The position numbers were made by a program, and so were the translations under genes. Shown here piece after piece: positions 56,360-64,000 of a stretch of 64,000 nt of DNA. Positions within the stretch are counted from its first letter, which is position 1, and every line of letters starts with the position of its first letter. Under the pieces are notes generated by a model that was not told the DNA's origin, searched no databases, and saw nothing but the letters and a program-made list of their open reading frames with translations. Origin of the DNA: Candidatus Bathyarchaeota archaeon (lineage in GTDB: Archaea > Thermoproteota > Bathyarchaeia > Bathyarchaeales > Bathycorpusculaceae); NCBI GenBank assembly GCA_963806535.1, contig CAWDYC010000004.1:1-64000 (forward strand), in the 5' to 3' direction.

Positions 56360-57207
56360 ATGGCTTTAGAGAGAAACATGGCTCAGCTTGAAGCTTACAA
56401 GCAACAACAATCAGAAGAGCAGCAGAACCTAAAAGATAGAATGGGCAAAATTAAACATAAAATCGCAATTATAAGCGGCAAAGGCGGCGTAGGAAAAAGC
56501 ACTGTAACTGTGAATCTTGCGGCAGCTTTTGCGCAGATGGGAAACAAAGTTGGCATTTTAGATGCTGATATTCATGGCCCGAGTGTTCCTAAGCTTCTTG
56601 GATTAGAAGGGCAGCATGTTAAGATTGGTCCATCAGGGGCTTATCCAGTCGAGGGACCCTCTAGGCATGGAGGTTATGTCGATTGACTTCTTTTTGTCTG
56701 AGGATGCCCCGACGATTTGGCGTGGTCCATTAAAAATGAAAGCGATCCGCCAGTTTCTCTCAGATATTGTTTGGGGAGAACTTGATTTTCTTGTTTATTG
56801 ATTTGCCTCCTGGAACAGGAGATGAACCTCTGAGCATTGCTCAGCTTTTGCCAGAAATGGATGGAGTTGTAATTGTCACGATGCCTACTGGCTTGTCTAG
56901 TTCGGTGGTTAAGAAAGCAATTACTTTCGCTGAAAGACTAAACATGCCGATTATTGGCGTTGTTGAAAACATGAGCGGATTTGTTTGCCCACATTGCGGC
57001 AAAAAAACTGAGATTTTCCAGTCAGGCGGCGGAAAAAAGATGGCTCAAGAAGTCGGTGTTCCTTTTCTAGGCAGCATTCCGATTGATCCCACAGTAGGTC
57101 AGGATTCTGATAAAGGAAATCCGTTTGTTATTAAACATAAAGATTCAACTGCGGCTAAGGCTTTCACAGAAATTGTTGAGAAAATCAAGATCTACTTGAA
57201 AAAATAA
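56360..57207 (+). CDS. Mrp/NBP35 (ApbC) Fe-S cluster carrier ATPase, frameshifted
   Basis: [39 protein letters not shown]. Confidence 0.92.
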
Positions 57208-57280
57208 TCGCGAAAAATTTTATATGTAAAAAGATTGGAGAGGTTAAAACTCCCAGGTTAATTTTTTTGTTCGCCATGGT

Positions 57281-57571
57281 TTACTCTTTTGTAAGAGTTA
57301 TTTCTATCGTTGAAACCATTCGAGACCTGTTTTCGCCTTCTCTTGGTGGCATCTCTGCGGTACCGATTGCAATTTTTGTTACTTTGAGGTCTTTTAGGAA
57401 GCGGCTTCTTGTAATTTCTGCAACGTCAACGGCGGTGGTTATTGCTTGTCCTCTTGCTTTTAGGGTTATTTCTTTTCCTGCGCCTGAAGAGAATGCTGTT
57501 ATGATAGCGAGTACATAGCTCATTGGTGGTTTGTTTCCAACGAAGATTACATCATTTGGTTTTTCTGCCAT
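57281..57571 (-). CDS. albA: DNA/RNA-binding protein Alba
   Basis: VGNKPPMSYV, KARGQAITTAVDVAE, VSTIEITL. Confidence 0.95.
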   Translation of the reverse strand: MAEKPNDVIFVGNKPPMSYVLAIITAFSSGAGKEITLKARGQAITTAVDVAEITRSRFLKDLKVTKIAIGTAEMPPREGENRSRMVSTIEITLTKE

Positions 57572-57861
57572 ATATATCAACTCCTTTTTTTGTTTTTATT
57601 GCGGTAGTAACGTTCTTTTTGTCTTTTGGACTGGGAACGTTACTGCATTACTACGGCAAACTTCCTAATAAATCAATTCAGAATCCCACCTTTGGATTTT
57701 AGTGTCTAATCAGAACTAAATAATGTACTCTAGTGGTTTGGCAAAAAGTTCATTAATAGATTTTGCCACTCAGTTTAGTTTCAGGATGACGTTCAGCGAA
57801 GAAGCGGTATAGTTTTATACCTCAACCTTAAAGGGAACAGTAAAAGCAGGAGAGTTATTTC

Positions 57862-58637
57862 ATGTCTGTGTCGCCTGGTCTCAGAGAAGTTTTAGCGAAG
57901 AAGAATTGCTGGAGAAATAATTCTTTCAAGCAAACCAGGCTCAACGATGCGAAAATGGCGGGAACTCTTCGCCGTTTCCCAAATGACACTTTCGGAAACA
58001 ATGGGTTTGTCTTCTTCAACAGTGATCAGCGACTATGAAAGCGGACGACGAAAAAGCCCAGGCGCCAAATTCATCCGAAGATTCGTGCTCTCGCTTGCTG
58101 CACATTGACGAAACAAAAGGTAGCCGCTTTATCAGAGAATTCGCAAAACTAACCAGTTCGCCAAGCATGGCTGTTGTCGATTTACGTGAATTCCCCATAC
58201 CAGTGCGGGTTGAGTACCTATGCAAGGCTATTAGCGGCGAAATTGTAGCTGTCAAGGACAAGTACGTTAAAGAAGTTAACGGGTACACAGTTATTGACAG
58301 CACCAAAGCAGTTGAAGCGTATTCAGGGTCGGAGTATGCGCAGCTGTTCGGGGCGACGACTGAGCGGGCACTGATTTTTACAAATGTAGAAACCGGAGCC
58401 TTGCCCATGATGATTGTCCGCGTTAGCAGTCTTAAACCGCGAATTGTGGTTTTTCATAAAATTCCGCCTGATGCGGAAGCTATACGAATTGCGGAGTACG
58501 AGCAGATACCGCTTATTTACTCTTCTGCGCCAACATTGGAGCAGCTGGTGAAATCTCTGCGAAAGCTATACCGTATTGCGTTGAGGGTTAAACTTGGTAG
58601 GCGCCGGGTACGTGCACCCCCAAAAATAAGCGCATAG
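57862..58637 (+). CDS. Archaeal HTH transcriptional regulator (COG1709-like), frameshifted
   Basis: IAGEIILS..PG..MRKWRELF, SVISDYESGRRKSPG, GYTVIDS, ERALIFTNV. Confidence 0.8.
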
Positions 58638-58639
58638 AG

Positions 58640-59042
58640 TCAACGTATTCTTAAAAGTTCAACATCTAAACTGTTAAATTCTTTGTCACTGCCCACTACA
58701 AGTTTGGTATTTATGCTTCGAGCTGTAGCCACCGCGAAGGCATCTGCAAGCGACAATGAATGTTTGGCATTTGATTTTTCCAGCTTCACGCCATAGACCA
58801 TTATCTTCAATTGGAACAACTTTGAGACCGAATGAACGCAGTTCCTTTTGGGTTTCTTCAGCAACCAAAGGGCTTCCTCTTGATAAAATATAGTAAATTT
58901 CAGTTAAGCTAATTATATTTATGTAACCTTCAGCTTCGCCTTTTTGAATTTTCTTAAGAAATTCGTTGACTATTTCGCCGCCTGTTTCACCCAAGTAGAA
59001 GGCTAAAATAGGTTCGGAGTCAAAGGTTAGCCGCTCTAGCAC
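58640..59042 (-). CDS. PIN-domain toxin (VapC)
   Basis: FDSE, ISLTEIYY, LSLADAFAVATA, VGSDKEF. Confidence 0.85.
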
Positions 59043-59289
59043 GTTTAATCCACTTCTCATCTTGCGCAATCTCTTCTTTTCTTGCTTCTTCGAGTAATTC
59101 CTTTGCTGTTTTTCCTTCGAACATCGATTTTAATGAACCATAGGCTTCATCTGGCGATGGAAGAGGCTTTATTATTATTTCTTTTCCATTGTCTTCTACC
59201 AAAATTTTGTCTTTGATTCCGTATTTTTTTCTTAATTTTTTGGGTATTGTTGCTTGTCCCTTTTTTGTTACACTTATAACTTCGACCAA
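59020..59289 (-). CDS. AbrB/MazE-type antitoxin
   Basis: VTKKGQATIPKKLRKKYGI; overlaps the PIN gene. Confidence 0.88.
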   Translation of the reverse strand: MVEVISVTKKGQATIPKKLRKKYGIKDKILVEDNGKEIIIKPLPSPDEAYGSLKSMFEGKTAKELLEEARKEEIAQDEKWIKRARAANL

Positions 59290-59390
59290 GATAGGCCACC
59301 ATTAATACCCATTATCTCAGTAATACTTAACTTTGTTGGTCTTACCTCTTACGGCTGCATTACTGAAAAAAACTATAAATGAAAAAATAT

Positions 59391-60905
59391 TTAATGGCTG
59401 TTTTTGTTGTTGTAGTCTGTTGTTAGTACGTTCATTGCGCTCAGGACTGCTTCCATGCTTGCTTTAACGATGTCTTCGCGGACTCCCATTGCTGTGACTA
59501 CTCTGTCGCCTTTCCGCATTCGTACGACCACTTCAACCATTGCATCTGTGCCTCCAGTTATTGCTTTGACATTATATTGCTCAAGTGTGATCGGCTCAAC
59601 CTCGGCTATTGCGTTTTTGACCGCATTTATAGCTGCGTCCACGGGTCCAACGCCGACAGCTGCCCCCCAAACATCCTTGCCATTTAACGCTAAACGTACT
59701 GAGGCTGTTGCGGTTACTTTGTCGCCGCCAACAAACGTCATTTCTTCAAGCCGTATTGGTTTTGCTTTGCTCAAACCCATAACATTCTCCGCTATTGCAA
59801 GAACGTCGGCATCCATGACGGTTTTGCCTTTGTCACCAAGCTCTTTGATCCGCTTGAATATATCTTTAAACTGTTCATCAGTGGGTTTAAGACCCATACT
59901 TTCTAAATCTGCTCGTATTGCGTGAGATCCAGAGTGTTTGCCTGGAGATATCCGTCGTTTGCAACCAACTAGTTCAGGAGCAATAGGTTCGTAAGTCAAA
60001 GGGTTAGCAAGCATTCCTTGAGTATGTATTCCTGATTCATGAGTGAAAGCATTTTCGCCCACAATTGCCTTGTTAGGTTGTACATAGACCCCTGTCAATC
60101 TGGAAACCAGTTGCGAAGTACCGTACAACAATTCCGTTTTAATATTTAAGTCCATTTTGTAAAGCGATTTTAAGGTCACAACTACTTCTTCAAGTGAAGC
60201 GTTTCCTGCTCGCTCACCTAACCCATTTATGGTTGCATGCACTTCTTCTGCTCCAGCGCCTAAAGCAGCAATTGTGTTGGCAACAGCCATCCCAAAGTCA
60301 TTATGGCAGTGCACACCTACTGGCACTTTTATTTTCTCTTTCAATTTTGTGAAGAACTCTGCAGCACGCTCTGGAGTTAGGATACCCACGGTATCGCATG
60401 GAATGACTCTATCTACTTTGGCTTCGACAGCTGTTTGAAAAACATTTACGAGATAATCAAATTCAGACCTAGTTGCATCTTCGGCTAAGAGTTCAACTGT
60501 TAACCCATGTCTCTTAGCGTAACTCACACATTCGTCTGTCGATTTGAGGATTTGTTCCCGTGTCTTGTGTAATTTACATTCGATATGCAAGTCAGATGTT
60601 GGGATAATCATGCTTATTGTTGAAGCCCCACTTTTAAGCACAGCATCAATATCATTTTTTGTTCCTCTTGCTGCGCTGGAGATATGCTGCTTTCAAGCCC
60701 TGTTTAACAATTAATTTTACGGCTTCCATTTCGCCTTCAGAAACAGCTGCGAAACCAGCCTCAATCACGTCCACACCGAGCTCATCTAAACGCTCGGCTA
60801 TTCGCAATTTGCTTTCAGGTACAAGTGATACTCCAGGTGTTTGTTCACCATCTCGCAGGGTGGTGTCTAAAAATTTTATGTTTTTAGGGAAGCGGTTGGA
60901 TAAAG
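59391..60905 (-). CDS. 2-isopropylmalate/(R)-citramalate synthase (LeuA/CimA family); start approximate, frameshifted
   Basis: [41 protein letters not shown]. Confidence 0.92.
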
Positions 60906-61067
60906 CAATACCCCATTTAAAGTCACTCTGTTTTCAAGGCGTTAGCCTTAAATATAAAGTTTCTTTTCGAGAAGAAATTTTTAGTTTAGAGATTTTTGCT
61001 AGAGCGTTAAATATCTATCAAGAAACCCCAAAAACCTTTAAATTAGCTATCCCAGAGGTGGTTCTTA

Positions 61068-62373
61068 GTGTCTAAATTGGATGACTCAAACTTAGCATGG
61101 CTTCTCAGTTTTGAAAGTGGCAGAGCGTTCTTTAATGCAAAAATGAAGAATAGTCCAGTCACTAGAGATAACTATACTGGATGGTTGAAAGTTTACTGTG
61201 AAGATTTAGGATTAAATCCTGACGAGTTAGCTCTCTTAAAGCCTAACATGGCAGATGTTATGAATGCTTTTCAAAAAGGCGATAAAATCCCTGACCCTAA
61301 CCAAGCAGATAAAACCCTAGAGGATTATCTCGGTTTTAAAATGAATGAGTTTCACTTGAAGAATCCACAAACTCACCTTAAAGCAACAGACAGCAACAAA
61401 CTAAATCTAATGATAACGATAAGAAGCTTTTATTCTGCTAATCTTAGAGATTTATGCAAACAGACAGGCAAGAACATTGAGAAACTAAAAAGCAAACAAA
61501 GAACCCCAACCGTTGAAGATTGCACTAAGTTGGAGCTAAGCTATGGGTAACAATATGAGAAATAAGTTTCTGGTTTGGTTCCTTGAATCTTGCCCCGTTC
61601 GTGTCGGCACACTAAAGCTTTTGAAATGGAAGGACTTGAAACCTCTCAATGACTCACAAGTGCCATATTGGATATACGTTAAAGCTGATAGGTTGAAAGG
61701 TCAAGGCAAAGGGAGATATTCAAAAGCTAAACATGTTGGATTCTTGCACAAATATGCAGTTCAAAAACTTGAAGACTACAAACAAGAATTGAAGCAAAAA
61801 GGCATAGAATACAATCAAGATTCACCTTTGTTCTTGAGTTACCGCACTAACCAACATAGCAAAAAAGCCGAAAAAAACTTAAGAATGGTCAATTTCAACG
61901 ATGCGCTAGTTAACGCTTCAATTGTAGCTTTTGGCGATAACGTCAATAAGCATTATAGCCCACATGATTTCAGGGACATCCTAAGTTCTGTGTTAGGTAA
62001 ACCCCAAATTAATGCAGATGACAAAAATATTGCTAAATCGTTAGTCAGTCATTCACCTAAAGGAATAGAAAGCACATATGAAAACTTTGACGGTAAAGAT
62101 GATAAACCCAATGAAGACCTCTTAGCTTTGTTTAAACAATGCATACCGTTCTTAATTCCAGAAACAACAGGAGAGCTTAAAGCTGAGCTAGAGCAACAAA
62201 AGACCGAGAACATAAGCCAAATTGAAGAAATGAAAAAAGAGATTGAACGCATGGAAACGCGACATGAGGAAGAAATCCAAAATATGAAACAAGCTGTCAC
62301 CAGAGATGTGCAAGAGGTATTGGCTAGCCTTAACCGATTCAAAGAAGATAGCCAAAACAAAACAGAATCTTAA
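61068..62373 (+). CDS. Tyrosine recombinase/integrase with C-terminal coiled coil, frameshifted
   Basis: PVRVGTL..LKWKDL (R), LKG (K), PHDFR (HxxR), VSHS...STY (H, Y); N-terminal LGLNPDEL core-binding domain. Confidence 0.82.
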
Positions 62374-63149
62374 TTTTTTTCTTCTTTTCTTTCCTTATTG
62401 GAATCTTGAGATATTAACTCTCTTTTTCAATAAACTTAGCTAATTAGGTCTACATTATACTGTTAACTGTAAATATTAACGTGCTACTACCATAAATAAG
62501 CACTACTAACATTAATAGTAGAATTAATAGAATCATATTAGTATAAAATTGTACGTACATTGTATTACCCTAATTAATTGGTTTTTGTCATTTCTGTTTC
62601 TTTTGAATCAATCTTCAATTAATAATTGATGCTGAGACCTTGAAATCTCAAGTTTCCAGCCGCAAAACACGCTACTATTGCCAATAGTAGGTACTTCGAT
62701 TTAAAACGAGGCAGAACAACCACACACGACCAAACCGATATAGCCAAAACTCTTCATTTTAAGGCGCATTAGCCAAATAGAGGACTCCCCTGCCTTCTAT
62801 AACGCTTTTATAAACCACATCGGCATCCTACTCCGTCAGAACAGCTAAGAGCTAATCAGCAACTTTATTGTCTTTTCATTAGGTAATGAAACAAATTATT
62901 GTGCAATTAAAATTCTGTATAAAAAGGATTCCAGAAGGTTAAGGACTCGATGTTTTGGTTTTAAAAAGAATAAAGACCGCGCCCATCGGCGTTACTGAGA
63001 CGCTTATTGGCTCAAATCCGTTTGTTTCCTCTCTCGCTATTATGTTGTTCATTTCTTTTATTGATGTAGAAATAATTTTAGAGTTAACCATATTTTACAC
63101 CGTTTCAAGTATATGTTTTAATTTTCACACTTCTAAAAATAGTGGTTCA

Positions 63150-63332
63150 TCAGGAATAATTAGCCCAGTTACAATTAACGTCTATTAACGCATCTTGAAA
63201 ATCTTCACGTCCTAACATCAAATATTTAGCCTTCCAGCGGTTAGGCAAGGTCTTAAAATAATGGCTTTTTGTTACTTCACAATCAATTAAATACTGTTCA
63301 AACTCACTTTTTACTAGCTCTTTTATGGACAT
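63150..63332 (-). CDS. Small hypothetical protein
   Basis: 60-aa ORF overlapping the end of the upstream gene. Confidence 0.35.
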   Translation of the reverse strand: MSIKELVKSEFEQYLIDCEVTKSHYFKTLPNRWKAKYLMLGREDFQDALIDVNCNWANYS

Positions 63333-63957
63333 GTAAGGTTTTAGTTATTTGAATTAAATTAAGGTTAGAGTTAGGATTATTGGAGCTATTAAGGTTATTA
63401 GAATTAAGATTACTATTGCACTGACTTATACTATCATACTTACTCTTAGATTTACTTAATGATGCACTAAAAAAAGGTCGGCTAATTTTACGTGGTTTAG
63501 ATATGCTTAATTTGCCGTTAGATTTGATTTTTAAGCTTGATTGGGCGGTTTTTGGTTTAGCGATTACCTTAAGCAATCGGTATAATGGGCTAGTATATAG
63601 CGTTTTTATGGCTTTTTTATAATCGTTTCTCACGCGGTAATCAACGTGAAAACCCAGCTCATTAACGATTATGTTATTTGCTTTTATGAACTCTTTAGCT
63701 TCTTTGCCGACTGCTTTTAAAAATGTACAATTAAATATCCAATATAGTTTGTGTTCTGGGTCAGCTTCACTGAAATGCAAAAGTTTCTTCATGCTATCAT
63801 CTTTCTTAAAATATGTGTCGGGTTTAGTGTTGGTGTCTTCCATTATGGCAAAATGTTTTCTTTCATGGTAGATAAAATGGTCTACTCTAAGCCCTTGACT
63901 TATTGGATAACCATGTTCGCTAAAATCGTTTGATTCTACAATTAATCCTAATGCCAT
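63304..63957 (-). CDS. Hypothetical protein (possible PD-(D/E)xK-like fold) of the integrated element
   Basis: 217-aa ORF; VDHFI...IMEDTN pattern; N/S-rich tail. Confidence 0.45.
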   Translation of the reverse strand: MALGLIVESNDFSEHGYPISQGLRVDHFIYHERKHFAIMEDTNTKPDTYFKKDDSMKKLLHFSEADPEHKLYWIFNCTFLKAVGKEAKEFIKANNIIVNELGFHVDYRVRNDYKKAIKTLYTSPLYRLLKVIAKPKTAQSSLKIKSNGKLSISKPRKISRPFFSASLSKSKSKYDSISQCNSNLNSNNLNSSNNPNSNLNLIQITKTLHVHKRASKK

Positions 63958-64000
63958 AAGAACAATTCATTTTTCCTTAAGACCGTTTAGTCAAAAGGCT

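Noticed and set aside
5413-60905. Many frameshifts as programmed frameshifting or mass pseudogenisation
   Set aside because: They also hit housekeeping genes (topIB, ATPase, Mrp, LeuA/CimA), often at homopolymers, which is typical of long-read consensus error.
62400-62600. AT-rich stretch with short palindromes as a replication origin
   Set aside because: No clear iterons or ORB boxes, and no recognisable Rep or Cdc6 in the window.
5031-63933. Numerous antisense or overlapping ORFs in the track (e.g. 5031-5468, 6012-6542, 43408-43890, 59455-59925)
   Set aside because: They are shadows of well-supported genes on the opposite strand and have no motifs of their own.

Overview
AT-rich archaeal DNA, most likely Bathyarchaeia (inferred from eukaryote-type topoisomerase IB, Alba, TrmB regulators and an expanded family of PQQ-like beta-propeller surface proteins). 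Many genes, including housekeeping ones, are broken by 1-bp indels, so most frameshifts look like long-read consensus errors. Left end (1-4.9 kb): an accessory, possibly defence, block of a nucleoside 2-deoxyribosyltransferase-like gene, a Ser/Thr kinase fused to a SAMHD1-like HD domain, a small Zn-ribbon gene and an orphan proteasome-beta-like gene. Middle (5-36 kb): topIB, P-type ATPase, glutaminyl cyclase, polyferredoxin, a reductase-adenylation/GMC/pyruvyltransferase operon, and surface proteins. Most striking structure (36.4-55.7 kb): a tRNA-Ala(TGC) followed by five co-oriented copies of its 3' end. Four copies carry a conserved arm (fixed spacing in three, 4 nt shorter in the fourth), and together they cut about 19 kb into integrase-free gene cassettes (surface proteins, TrmB regulators, sensor kinase), suggesting a tRNA-anchored, integron-like cassette array. 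Right end: core genes (Mrp, Alba, VapBC, LeuA/CimA) and a tyrosine integrase at the start of another probable element.
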